Source of the DNA: Candidatus Saccharimonadales bacterium
GTDB lineage: Bacteria > Patescibacteriota > Saccharimonadia > Saccharimonadales > JACQNP01
Assembly: GCA_038257245.1 (NCBI GenBank)
Contig: JBBSJL010000001.1
Span: 23,776 to 87,775 of the forward strand
Direction of reading: 5' to 3'
Length of the DNA: 64,000 bases
Position 1 is the first letter of the stretch, and the number at the start of each line of letters is the position of its first letter. The notes below the pieces were generated by a model that worked only from the letters and a program-made list of their open reading frames with translations, did not search any database and was not told the DNA's origin. The translations under genes and the position numbers were made by a program. Positions 55,573-64,000 of this stretch are shown in pieces.

Positions 55573-55932
55573 TCAAAATTTCCTATAGCGATGAATGATA
55601 GCAGTCACGACACCCCACACAATGGACTGCTTTGGCAGTTCATTGGTATGGGAAATCGAGAACGCATCATTATGTATCCAGACAATTTTGTCACTTTGTT
55701 TTACTTTTAGCGCCCGGTCAATCAGGGCCACATCACCACTAAATATCCCCAAGTCAGACCACTCATTCCCCTCAATGTTCATCATAAAGGTACTAGCACT
55801 GTGCCATATCAATAGACTGTTTAAATCGAGGTTCTTTATATTTACATCAGTTGCAGGGTTTGGAAAACCACTATGAACTGATATGCCCGTAGAATCATCC
55901 ATGCCTATTACCGTGTGCCTACTAGAGTCCAT
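55573..55932 (-). CDS. UmuD-like S24-fold protein lacking the Ser/Lys catalytic dyad
   Basis: Collinear with E. coli UmuD (SGFPNPATD...LDLNSLLIWHSASTFMM...). GDSM is replaced by GNEW and the TVKK Lys region by SISHT. Its stop abuts the umuC ATG (TGAATG). Confidence 0.65.
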   Translation of the reverse strand: MDSSRHTVIGMDDSTGISVHSGFPNPATDVNIKNLDLNSLLIWHSASTFMMNIEGNEWSDLGIFSGDVALIDRALKVKQSDKIVWIHNDAFSISHTNELPKQSIVWGVVTAIIHRYRKF

Positions 55933-56150
55933 TGGTTATTTTCTAGACGCAAACGGTATGTTTTGTCGCCATCAGTCATTTCGAATATTCGTATAACTTG
56001 CTGACCCTTTTGTACTAAGTACTGTAGTCCGTCTGTGAAAATGTATTTCTGGCTATTAAGGTCTATCTGTTTTGGAAATGATTTTAGTTTGCCCAGACAG
56101 TTTAGAAAGTAAAAGGCGTCAACCTGTACGTTTTGATTTATATAAGACAT
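55908..56150 (-). CDS. hypothetical 80-aa protein, first ORF of the umuDC-pur transcription unit
   Basis: ATG 56150 lies 7 nt after GGAG (the ORF track starts at 56174). Overlaps the umuD-like start by 25 nt. Confidence 0.45.
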   Translation of the reverse strand: MSYINQNVQVDAFYFLNCLGKLKSFPKQIDLNSQKYIFTDGLQYLVQKGQQVIRIFEMTDGDKTYRLRLENNQWTLVGTR

Positions 56151-56384
56151 TTCAAGCTCCTTATTTTGCAGCAAAAAGCCGCTGAATTGTTAATAGTCAG
56201 CGAACGGGTTTTGATGAGGAGTTGCCTGGTAGAAAATACTTGACCGTTCTGACAGTATCTTCGTTACAGGAAACTTATTGCTTGAAATGTAAGCGCACAG
56301 TGACCGGAGTATGATTGCTAGTTTAGGAGTTTGTAAGTGAAAATCCAGGTGTGTTCCCGGAAGTACTCACATAACTGTGCTATT

Positions 56385-56412
56385 GATTATAATACTTACG
56401 CTTGGATAAGCA
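56385..56412 (-). promoter_or_regulatory. candidate promoter for the 80-aa ORF/umuDC/pur gene string
   Basis: On the minus strand: TTGCTT (56412-07), 16-nt spacer, TATAAT (56390-85). Would give a ~230-nt leader. Confidence 0.45.
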
Positions 56413-56430
56413 AGTTTAGTTTAGCTCTTT

Positions 56431-56823
56431 TTATGACTCTAGTTGTTTAACAAATTCCACTAGCTGTCGTGGAGTTATCTCGGCCTTTATAACGTAACCG
56501 TCGGCTTGTTTTTCGATTTCTTCCCTGCCGTTAACGCCTTGCTCTAGGTTAGTTGTGATTATTATTTTTCCTTTGATTTGTTCGGTATTGTTAGGGTTCC
56601 TAAGTTGTTTTAATATTTCAATACCAGTTATTGTCGGGATCATAATATCGAGGAGTATCACGTCATAAGTATTGGTCTGAGCTTGCTTAAGTCCATCTTC
56701 TCCGTCTACAGATACAGTTACACTGTAGCCGGCCTTTGTCAGAGCACGTACATATAGTTCGCTAATGAAATGCTCATCCTCGATGCAAAGTATTCGTTTT
56801 TGTGCGGTAGTTGTTTCTTCCAT
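56431..56823 (-). CDS. single-domain response regulator
   Basis: 130 aa. IEDEH, DVILLDIMIP, K in GYVIKA. Sits 3 nt downstream of its kinase gene. Confidence 0.85.
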   Translation of the reverse strand: MEETTTAQKRILCIEDEHFISELYVRALTKAGYSVTVSVDGEDGLKQAQTNTYDVILLDIMIPTITGIEILKQLRNPNNTEQIKGKIIITTNLEQGVNGREEIEKQADGYVIKAEITPRQLVEFVKQLES

Positions 56824-56826
56824 GAT

Positions 56827-58368
56827 TTATCTCCGGTAAAGTGAGTGATTTTTTATCCAACCGTGTGCGGTTCGGGTTACTTCCGTATTATTGCTGTTTT
56901 TAGCTTCATCGGCAAGTTGGGAGTAAGGTTTAAGAGTGAAAGCAAAAGTACTACCCTCGTTTTCTTTAGACTTGGCCCAAATTTGCCCGCCATGTGCGTC
57001 AACTATTGACTTGCATAAGAACAATCCCAGCCCAGTTCCGCCGACTTCTGTCTTGGTACGATGATTTCGGTAGAATTTATCGAATAGATACGGTAAAACG
57101 TTGTTCGGTATTCCTAGGCCGAAATCCTGCACAGACGTTTCAACCATACCGTTATCATCGATCTTTGTACTAACCAGTATCCTCTTGCCATTTGGACTGT
57201 ATTTGATGGCGTTTTCGATAAGGTTATTAATAACCTCGAACATACTAGTTCGATCCACGGCAACAGACGGTAGCCCCTCGGGAATACTATATTCAATTGC
57301 AATACCATGGGCTCTAGCTCGCATATCAGGATCTTCACAGGCATTTTTTAGGGTAGCTGCCCAGTCTTCTTCGTGAAGCTCCATATACATTTGGTTTGCT
57401 TCTATTCTGGATACATTGAGTATGTTGGTTACGAATGCATTAAGTTGACTTGCTGATGCTTCCATTTTGGCCATAAAGCTCTTTAATTCGTCGTCCAGCT
57501 TGTCATTTAGCTCATCTTGGAATATTTCGATATAGCCTCGTAGCATCGTCAGTGGGGTTCTTAGTTCGTGGACGGCTAGTGCTACAAAACTCATGGCCTC
57601 ATCATCTTGATTATATTGAACCGTTCTATCAAATAATGTGACTATAAATTCGGTACCGCTAGGGTTATCTCGGTTGTAATAGGCAGCAATGTCACACTGT
57701 TTAACAGCTTTTTCCTCAGGTAATCTTAGTCGGACTCTCTCCCAGTAGGCCGTATCTGTAACTTTATTATTCTGGCATTCCACTAGCCATTTTTCTAGCG
57801 TGTGCTCACTGGGGAATTCGAGGTTAACACTTTCATATAATGGTTTTCCAAACAGTTTAGAACTTTCCATTTTGCAGTACGCTAAAGCACTATCACTGGC
57901 ATTCGTCACAATCTGCGTGCTGTTAAATACAAATAATGGCAACGGCAAATGACTAACAATATTTGCAGATTGAACGACTGCTTTTCTGTGGTCGGTCAGA
58001 TCCGAATCTTTATTTGGTTGCTGACTAGCATACTGATAGACCTGCATGACAAGCGAAGTCACTAGCTCCCTTCCTAGCTTTACTTCATCAAGATTTGGTG
58101 CCTGGATATTGGAATTTTCGGGAGAAACATGGATAATGCCTTGCCACACGTATTGAAGAGGCTTGAGTGCATAGTTCGTGAATTTTACACCCAATAAACC
58201 GGCCATTAACATTGCTAGAACAAGCAGACCGGTAACGGACAAGATTAATGGCAAATCCAGAAAATCCAATAACACCCATGCTGCCAGCACCAATATAGCG
58301 TTCGATAGAATAAGAAAAACGACTAGGTTATTAGTGATTTGCTTCTTTAATCGTTGAAAATTATCCAC
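56827..58368 (-). CDS. sensor histidine kinase
   Basis: 513 aa. Two N-terminal TM helices, PAS-like middle, H-box LAVHELRTPLTML, N box NLIENAIKYS, G boxes DFGLGI / GTGLGL. Confidence 0.9.
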   Translation of the reverse strand: MDNFQRLKKQITNNLVVFLILSNAILVLAAWVLLDFLDLPLILSVTGLLVLAMLMAGLLGVKFTNYALKPLQYVWQGIIHVSPENSNIQAPNLDEVKLGRELVTSLVMQVYQYASQQPNKDSDLTDHRKAVVQSANIVSHLPLPLFVFNSTQIVTNASDSALAYCKMESSKLFGKPLYESVNLEFPSEHTLEKWLVECQNNKVTDTAYWERVRLRLPEEKAVKQCDIAAYYNRDNPSGTEFIVTLFDRTVQYNQDDEAMSFVALAVHELRTPLTMLRGYIEIFQDELNDKLDDELKSFMAKMEASASQLNAFVTNILNVSRIEANQMYMELHEEDWAATLKNACEDPDMRARAHGIAIEYSIPEGLPSVAVDRTSMFEVINNLIENAIKYSPNGKRILVSTKIDDNGMVETSVQDFGLGIPNNVLPYLFDKFYRNHRTKTEVGGTGLGLFLCKSIVDAHGGQIWAKSKENEGSTFAFTLKPYSQLADEAKNSNNTEVTRTAHGWIKNHSLYRR

Positions 58369-58379
58369 CCATATTCTCC

Positions 58380-59678
58380 CTAAGGCGTAAAGCCAACTGA
58401 CCCATCTAGTTCAACCGCGCTGATCCAAGTATTGCCTCTATTTAGAGGGATCACAGCTTCATTAGCTGCTTTAAATATCATAGGGCTTTTGCGGTCTTTT
58501 TTCTCCCATTTGCCAACTGTGACTGTGCCATCTTGAAAAATAAAGGCCTTCCCACTTCCACTGGTGCCGTAGATTGTATGCACACCATCGGGGTGAATAC
58601 TCTTTGGCATGATTGCGGCAATAACTACTTTTGGCGTAATTTGTTGTCCGGTTTTTTCATCTACATGGGGTTTGCCCGCTTGGCTGCGCACATATGAGTT
58701 GGTCGTTACATCATAGTCGTAGTGTGGGTTATATAAAAAACTAGATATGTTGAAATCAATCGTTTTGGCATTCGGTGTTGCTATTGGAGAGTCGTCTTTG
58801 CGCCCCCAGCCAGTAAAAGTGCTAGTACTCCAATCTTTAGAGTTTTGTAACTCCAATAGTTTGGCACGGCTCGTATAAACATTATGAGGTGCATAACGGT
58901 TACTAACTCGCTGATAGTAGTTACTGTTAAACCCATAGTCTAGGTCTTTTAAACCTTCGTTTCGAATTTGTGCTAATGCTTCAGCGCTTCCCCCAACATG
59001 GGCTACCGGGGCGTCAAAAGGCACTAACCAATCAAGGTAATATGGCCGTACGCTTCTAATTGGTCCAATATATTCAGGCTGAGATTCTTGAAATAAAGTC
59101 AGGAACCGCGTAATACCACCTTCTGCTACGGCTTCGTATACCACCCCAGCGTCTTTTAACCCTGCTTGTGGCCTAGCATCTGGGCTGTTTTCTATCATTA
59201 CTGCTGTTACTGGCAGAGCTGATTCGGATTCAGTAACCTTTGCCCCTGTTAGATTTGAATTAAATACTTTAGGTTTAGGGGGTACTACAACTTCTACAAC
59301 TTCCACCGATTCCACGGGCTTAGGTTTATGTGTTAGCTTCCAAACAAGAAGACTTACACCGATTAGTACTAACGCCGATACGATACCTATTATGATCCAT
59401 TGTTTTTTGGATAAATCAGGCAGCCTGAATCTACCCTTGCCCTTTTTACTGTGTTTACCTTTGGGTTCAAAGTCTATTTTTTTGGGAGTTGGTGTCTTTA
59501 TCGGTTCCGGATTAGGAGCAGTTGCTTCGTTGGAAAATTGGCTAACAGAGTAGGATTTATCAACGTCTTCAGGGGGCCGAAAGTCAGGTTCTGCTATGTC
59601 GTTACTCTCTGTTTGTTCTAGGTCATCTCTAGAGCCATCCGGATTATTTGACCCCGGGGCAGCAAAATCATCAATCAT
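58380..59678 (-). CDS. membrane-anchored DUF3048-family protein
   Basis: 432 aa. Acidic/basic N-terminus, one TM helix, then MIENSPDARPQAGLKDAGVVYEAVAEGGITRFLTLF, typical of DUF3048 (YerB-like). Confidence 0.7.
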   Translation of the reverse strand: MIDDFAAPGSNNPDGSRDDLEQTESNDIAEPDFRPPEDVDKSYSVSQFSNEATAPNPEPIKTPTPKKIDFEPKGKHSKKGKGRFRLPDLSKKQWIIIGIVSALVLIGVSLLVWKLTHKPKPVESVEVVEVVVPPKPKVFNSNLTGAKVTESESALPVTAVMIENSPDARPQAGLKDAGVVYEAVAEGGITRFLTLFQESQPEYIGPIRSVRPYYLDWLVPFDAPVAHVGGSAEALAQIRNEGLKDLDYGFNSNYYQRVSNRYAPHNVYTSRAKLLELQNSKDWSTSTFTGWGRKDDSPIATPNAKTIDFNISSFLYNPHYDYDVTTNSYVRSQAGKPHVDEKTGQQITPKVVIAAIMPKSIHPDGVHTIYGTSGSGKAFIFQDGTVTVGKWEKKDRKSPMIFKAANEAVIPLNRGNTWISAVELDGSVGFTP

Positions 59679-59782
59679 AAAGTTAATTATATCAATGCTT
59701 ATGCTATATGACTAGATTAAAATAATAATGACATTTGTGTGATATCATTATTTAAATAATCGAATAAGTCGTTGGAGAAATT

Positions 59783-61093
59783 GTGATCCCTAGTGCCTCT
59801 ACAGAATATAGTGATTCCATCGTTAAGTACCATCAATATAAACACGAACTTGGAATTACAAATACCGAAGCAAAATCACATCCGGATACGCAAGAAGTAT
59901 TTTTCGAATTAATCGGAGTTGTCGAAGAATATCCTGAATTGATTTTGGCATATACTGGGGTACAAAGATGTAGGGGCAATAATAGGCGTGAAGCGATAGA
60001 AAACGTAAGAGAAATTGAGGATACAATCCTAGACTTATCATTAGACGTTGGGATAATTTCTAGTTTAGAACACTCAAAAAGAAGTATGTCATTGGATGAT
60101 AACGGAATCAAAGATATATCTAAACAGTTCGTTAAGTTGTTTAAGGATATTATCCCACCAGAATTACTGCCCAAAAAACCAGCAAAGAGGAAAAGGATAA
60201 AAAATAATCAAATTGCAAGTTCAATTGAAGCTGTTGATGAGGATATGGATGTCGTGCTGATCGATGGCAATAAGTTAATTTTCAATAATATTGAAGACGT
60301 CGATCCAACAGATACTCAAACAGAGCTACCTACCCCCACAAATGGCATCAAAAACCCATTTGACTATAATACGGATAGTGCGGCGAATAGCCTAGCTGTT
60401 CAAGTTAGAAATCTGGATACTGCCGAAAAGGCTTTGGCTGGCTATATAGTGTTTGGACGCTTGACGGCTGGAATCAACTTAACGGTTTATTCACTTCAAA
60501 GGGTCATGAGAACATTAGTTGGTACGGATGAAATGCTCACAGTGCGTGGGGCAACCAAGAGATTTGAGATGTGTAATGATTTTATTCTGGGCAAACACGG
60601 CAAAGGTACTACTATTGCAAGGTCGAGTAATAGAGACCAGATTTTAAGTGATATTGGGCCTTCGTTCTCGCATCCTCAAGCGGCCTGCAGTACTGGCAGA
60701 AATGATAACGATATAGCGGCAAGACTAGAATGGTGGTTCCCTGGTAGGGGTGAATCAACTAGCTTACAGAAAATTAAGTGTTTCGGTTGTTCCGCCATAG
60801 ACGCATGTCTTGAATTTTCAATTGCCCATCCTCAGAAGTTTGGTATTTGGGGGGGTGCAAGCGAAAGAGAGCGCCGAGCGCTTAGAGGCACAATGAAAAA
60901 AAGTGGGCGCGCTAGTTTCGAGAGTAGGGTCGTTACTTATAGGAAAAGATCGGCCGAGAGACTTATGTCATTTATTGAAGTACATGCAGATGAAGAAGAC
61001 AAACCAGACCTAGAGTTTAATTTGTTAAGATTTCTCGACCCAGACTATAGGTATAAATTTGATACTTTAGATAAATTCGTAACAACGGAATAA
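59783..61093 (+). CDS. 436-aa protein with C-terminal WhiB-like (Wbl) Fe-S cluster domain
   Basis: GTG start after GGAGA. The C-terminal AACSTG-x-WWFPGRGE-x-KCFGCSAIDACLEFSIAHPQKFGIWGGASERERRAL gives a C-x30-C-x2-C-x5-C pattern plus G[IV]WGG and a basic tail. The N-terminal ~300 aa are unassigned. Confidence 0.75.
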   Translation: MIPSASTEYSDSIVKYHQYKHELGITNTEAKSHPDTQEVFFELIGVVEEYPELILAYTGVQRCRGNNRREAIENVREIEDTILDLSLDVGIISSLEHSKRSMSLDDNGIKDISKQFVKLFKDIIPPELLPKKPAKRKRIKNNQIASSIEAVDEDMDVVLIDGNKLIFNNIEDVDPTDTQTELPTPTNGIKNPFDYNTDSAANSLAVQVRNLDTAEKALAGYIVFGRLTAGINLTVYSLQRVMRTLVGTDEMLTVRGATKRFEMCNDFILGKHGKGTTIARSSNRDQILSDIGPSFSHPQAACSTGRNDNDIAARLEWWFPGRGESTSLQKIKCFGCSAIDACLEFSIAHPQKFGIWGGASERERRALRGTMKKSGRASFESRVVTYRKRSAERLMSFIEVHADEEDKPDLEFNLLRFLDPDYRYKFDTLDKFVTTE

Positions 61094-61096
61094 ATA

Positions 61097-62521
61097 CTAT
61101 CGGAGAGCCTCGATGGAATTATTTATGCGATTTAGGGTTAAGTCTTTTCCCAGTATGTTTAGGGATTCTGCAAGAGCGGGGCTTGATTGTGCCCAGGTTG
61201 TCGCAACTCTAATTAGACTAAACAATACAGCAGGTTTCTGATTGGACTTTTCTAATAGTCCATTTAGTTTCTCATTAAGGTCTTTTATGCTAAAATCGCT
61301 CTCGGCTAAAGCGGCAAGAGTTTGCTCCAACAAATTAACCAATTCTTGTTTATCAAGCTTCTTAAGTTGTTTGTGAGACGAAATAAGGTCTAGGTTCACA
61401 GGCAAGTCTTCAAAGAAAAAATTTGTGAGCTCGGGTATCTCGGATAGAAATTTTAATCTTTCTTGGATTTGTCCCAGAACTTGTTGTTTGTATGGTTCAG
61501 GGGCATCAGAGGCACTTTTTGGCCAGTAATCTGCTGTTAGAGTATAAAGCTCGTCGGTGTCCATTGCTCGTATAAATGAACCATTAACCCACCTAAGTCG
61601 TTGTTCGTCGAATCTGGCACCACTTTTCTGTACACGGTCCAGGCTAAATTTTTTGACAAGTTCATCTCTACTAAACACTTCTTGTTCTGTGCCATCATTC
61701 CAGCCGAGTGTGGCTATAAAACTTACCAGTGCCTCTGGCAGGTAGCCGTCACGTATGTAGTCTAGTACATCTTTGGCACCGTCGCGTTTACCAAGTTTCT
61801 TGTTACCTTCGGCGCCAAGAATATGAGGAACAGTTGCCATTATTGGCGGCTTAATCTCCAGTGCCTCATATAGATTTAAATAATTTGGTACGCTCGATAT
61901 AAATTCTTGACCGCGAATAATATGAGTTATTGCCATTTCATGGTCATCTACTATATGTGCAAAGTTGTATGTGGGATAGCCATCAGTTTTTATAAGAATA
62001 AAATCATCGATTACTTCCGGGCCTGTAGATAAGTCACCCATGACCTCGTCGTGCCATTTATGAACTTTTGGATCAGATTTAAATCGTAGTGGTTGAGTGC
62101 CATCCCATTTTGGAGGCTTGTCCGGACGGTGGTTTCTGTATAGAAATGGTAACTTATTTTTTTGTGCTTGTTCGCGGAACAATTGCACCTCTTGGGTCGA
62201 GTAAGGGTCGGCGTAAGCGCGACCATCTTCTATGAGTTTGTTTGCCCATTTTTTGTATATATCTAGCCGGTCGCTTTGTTTGTACGGCCCAAAATCGCCA
62301 CCAACGTCTGGACCTTCGTCGTACTTCAGACCCAGAATATTCAGGCTGTCTATTAAGTGTTGAGCCGAACCCTCAACCTCACGGTTTTTGTCGGTGTCTT
62401 CTAATCGTAATACGAATATGCCTTTAGTCTGCTTGGCAACTAGCCACGCAAACAAAGCTGTGCGGATACCGCCAACATGTAAATAGCCAGTAGGGCTTGG
62501 GGCAAATCGAGTTCTAATCAT
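61097..62521 (-). CDS. gltX: glutamate--tRNA ligase
   Basis: 474 aa. RFAPSPTGYLHVGGIRTA (HIGH region) and KLGKRDG (KMSKS-like). Confidence 0.95.
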   Translation of the reverse strand: MIRTRFAPSPTGYLHVGGIRTALFAWLVAKQTKGIFVLRLEDTDKNREVEGSAQHLIDSLNILGLKYDEGPDVGGDFGPYKQSDRLDIYKKWANKLIEDGRAYADPYSTQEVQLFREQAQKNKLPFLYRNHRPDKPPKWDGTQPLRFKSDPKVHKWHDEVMGDLSTGPEVIDDFILIKTDGYPTYNFAHIVDDHEMAITHIIRGQEFISSVPNYLNLYEALEIKPPIMATVPHILGAEGNKKLGKRDGAKDVLDYIRDGYLPEALVSFIATLGWNDGTEQEVFSRDELVKKFSLDRVQKSGARFDEQRLRWVNGSFIRAMDTDELYTLTADYWPKSASDAPEPYKQQVLGQIQERLKFLSEIPELTNFFFEDLPVNLDLISSHKQLKKLDKQELVNLLEQTLAALAESDFSIKDLNEKLNGLLEKSNQKPAVLFSLIRVATTWAQSSPALAESLNILGKDLTLNRINNSIEALR

Positions 62522-62559
62522 CTGACACTATTGTAAAACAAGATTGGTGATTAGTATAT

Positions 62560-62838
62560 TTATTGATTACTTTGTTCAGAGATAATATCAGAAACTTTAC
62601 TAGCGCTGATTGCAGAAATGACTAAGGCAGCTGCTCCCACCATCACTTCACTCATGTCGGCTCCAATAGTCTTGCCGAGTAATTCAGTAGACATAACTAT
62701 GTTTGACCCTTCAGCAGTGTGGGTTGCGCCATATAATAAACCAATAGTAATAGCTGAAATGGCACCACCCGCCCATGCCGCAGTCTTTGGAATTAAATTT
62801 TCTCGTGTTTGAATTGGAGTATGTTCTGAATTTTTCAT
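62560..62838 (-). CDS. small membrane protein
   Basis: 92 aa with two A/G-rich hydrophobic helices. Confidence 0.5.
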   Translation of the reverse strand: MKNSEHTPIQTRENLIPKTAAWAGGAISAITIGLLYGATHTAEGSNIVMSTELLGKTIGADMSEVMVGAAALVISAISASKVSDIISEQSNQ

Positions 62839-62903
62839 AGAACGGTTATTATATTACAAACATACCAAAAAAGCAATGTTCTGCTTTCTGTGGCAGTCGT
62901 GGC

Positions 62904-63947
62904 CTACAGGCTATTAGCTATTCTTATAACCTGATCGGTATTTAGAGATGAATTGCCGTTAATTTCGTACCATATGCCGTTGTCTACCCAGCTTGCGCTA
63001 TCGCTATCGTATATATAAATCGTTTTGCCCTTTTCTTGGAATGTCTGGTAACTGCGATTACTGGTTGCAACATGGTTTTCCAGGAGCGCGTCACTGTTCC
63101 AGTCTGAGTTTTTTTCTGTTACAGAATAGCTTCTGTCATCTGAGTTTGATCCGTAACTAATAATTATTTGACCTGCTTTGTACTGCAACGGACCATCTAG
63201 TGCATAGCCGTTAGGTTGGTATTTTGGCATAGAACCTGGGATGCCTGATCTTGTGGACGCAACTCGCATAGCCAAGTTCGGGACATTATTGTACGCAAAA
63301 TAGCCACCAAGCACCAATACAGTCATAACTACCATACTGACATTAAGTAGACTAGGACTAATTTTTAATTTTTTGGCAATTTTATGGCGCCTAGTAGGTT
63401 TTTTGGTTTTTTGGTTATGATGACTATCTGATTTATTTATAACGTTTTCAATATGACTATGTTTGTTAGATGGGGGTTTGGGCGTAAGGTTATGTGCTTT
63501 GACTGGAGCGGATTTTGTTTCTTTGTGGTTTTGTTCAGGGTGGTCAGTGACTGCAATAGGAGAATATTGTGTTATTTTCTTCATCTCGGTGCCGAACTTA
63601 CTTATCAGGGAGCTTCGGGCGACGTCTTGTGACCTTTTTTCTCTGGTTACATCAAATGCAATATTCTTCTTGATTGTTACATCAGACGAGTCGTTGTTTA
63701 CCGTCTTTTTAACTGGCTTAGGTACAGCACTTCGCATTAATGTTTTTGATTTTAACGATTGCCGGGCAATATGATGTGCTTCTCGGGCACTATGAACCGG
63801 TTGTTTCTTACTAACGAAGCCATCGATACTTGGGCCAGATGTAGGTTTTTTGACAGCTCGACTCGATTGAGAGTCGTCAAGTAATTCACCGGTCACGGCA
63901 TCGTAGCGATTGCCGTTTAGAGTTATTATGTTTCTTCTAGTACCCAC
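62904..63947 (-). CDS. hypothetical bitopic membrane protein with DUF4367-like ectodomain
   Basis: GTG start. Basic K/H-rich cytoplasmic region, one TM helix (VSMVVMTVLVLGGYFAY), ~120-aa C-terminal beta-rich domain. Confidence 0.55.
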   Translation of the reverse strand: MGTRRNIITLNGNRYDAVTGELLDDSQSSRAVKKPTSGPSIDGFVSKKQPVHSAREAHHIARQSLKSKTLMRSAVPKPVKKTVNNDSSDVTIKKNIAFDVTREKRSQDVARSSLISKFGTEMKKITQYSPIAVTDHPEQNHKETKSAPVKAHNLTPKPPSNKHSHIENVINKSDSHHNQKTKKPTRRHKIAKKLKISPSLLNVSMVVMTVLVLGGYFAYNNVPNLAMRVASTRSGIPGSMPKYQPNGYALDGPLQYKAGQIIISYGSNSDDRSYSVTEKNSDWNSDALLENHVATSNRSYQTFQEKGKTIYIYDSDSASWVDNGIWYEINGNSSLNTDQVIRIANSL

Positions 63948-64000
63948 TTATTTAATTACTCGACTTTCTTTTAGGATCCCTATACTATAATCTTAAACCG

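Noticed and set aside
56235-56257. Possible SOS/LexA operator ATACTTGACCGTTCTGACAGTAT in the leader of the umuDC-like genes. A second candidate is GAACGGGTTTTG at ~56202-13.
   Set aside because: Only the outer 5 bp are palindromic. The inner part does not match CTGT-N8-ACAG, GAAC-N4-GTTC or GTTC-N7-GTTC consensus boxes. No lexA is in the window.
48690-56430. Genomic island integrated at tRNA-Glu (pur genes + umuDC).
   Set aside because: No integrase or recombinase is present, I could find no direct repeat of the tRNA 3' end at a distal boundary, and spot G+C counts are not clearly different from flanking genes. The adjacency is noted in the findings, but an island is not called.
1-64000. Possible alternative genetic code (UGA recoded, as in some candidate phyla).
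   Set aside because: Well-conserved genes terminate at TGA with normal lengths (e.g. 15648-50, 50694-96, 55573-75). RF2, which reads UGA, is encoded. No conserved protein needs read-through. Standard code 11 fits.
1-64000. CRISPR arrays, IS elements, integrases, rRNA operons.
   Set aside because: No regularly spaced direct repeats, no transposase- or recombinase-like ORFs and no rRNA-like conserved stretches were seen anywhere in the window.

Overview
This is a 64-kb chromosomal segment from a compact, tightly packed bacterial genome. Spot counts of single 60-nt lines give roughly 40-50 % G+C; this was not computed over the window. The standard genetic code applies: TGA is used as a stop and RF2 is present.

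About 65 protein genes, one tRNA-Glu(CUC) and several well-defined promoters and terminators can be supported. No rRNA genes, CRISPR arrays or transposases were seen.

Housekeeping content:
- Division and envelope: ftsE, ftsX, a PcsB-like CHAP hydrolase, an S41 protease, and a minimal dcw cluster (mraZ-rsmH-ftsL-ftsI-mraY-ftsW-murG-ftsQ) with no mur ligases and no ftsA/ftsZ.
- Translation and RNA: prfB, rpmA, glyQS, gltX, def, pth, der, and an rsuA/rluB-type pseudouridine synthase.
- DNA metabolism: xseAB, recO, topA, dprA.
- Other: pyrG and three two-component pairs.

The gene architecture suggests a Patescibacteria (CPR), possibly Saccharibacteria-like, genome. The supporting features are short divergent orthologues, the minimal dcw cluster, a protein that combines sigma-70 region 4 with HARE-HTH domains, and A/C-rich leaders without a Shine-Dalgarno sequence. 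This assignment is inference only.

Gene orientation flips from almost all '+' (133-35941) to almost all '-' (36783-59678). The flip occurs at an 840-bp ORF-free region.

Observations most worth a second look:
1. The ORF-free region 35942-36782. It contains a ~475-nt element with two collinear ~145-nt imperfect inverted-repeat arms around a G+C-richer core.
2. A ~350-nt highly structured unit at 41487-41878, running from a near-consensus promoter to an intrinsic terminator. I could not assign it to any RNA family.
3. A 436-aa protein (59783-61093) whose C-terminus is an unmistakable WhiB-like 4-Cys/GIWGG domain.
4. A self-contained cassette of a Fic-like gene and a ParB/Srx-like gene (7630-9332).
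5. A tightly coupled purN-purL-purQ-purM operon (GAR to AIR only) with a PurS-PurS-PurL fusion. It abuts tRNA-Glu and lies in line with a umuDC-like pair whose UmuD lacks the Ser/Lys dyad.
6. A histidine-kinase/receiver pair in which the phospho-His, the ATP-binding boxes and the phospho-Asp are all substituted (14573-15650).
7. An accessory three-ORF cassette (21987-23516) with a nucleotidyltransferase-like gene that appears split by a 1-nt frameshift at an A-run.
8. Four GTGGGT MraZ-type boxes in 10-bp phasing over the mraZ promoter.

Every functional call rests on motif recognition by eye. No database search or folding computation was possible.
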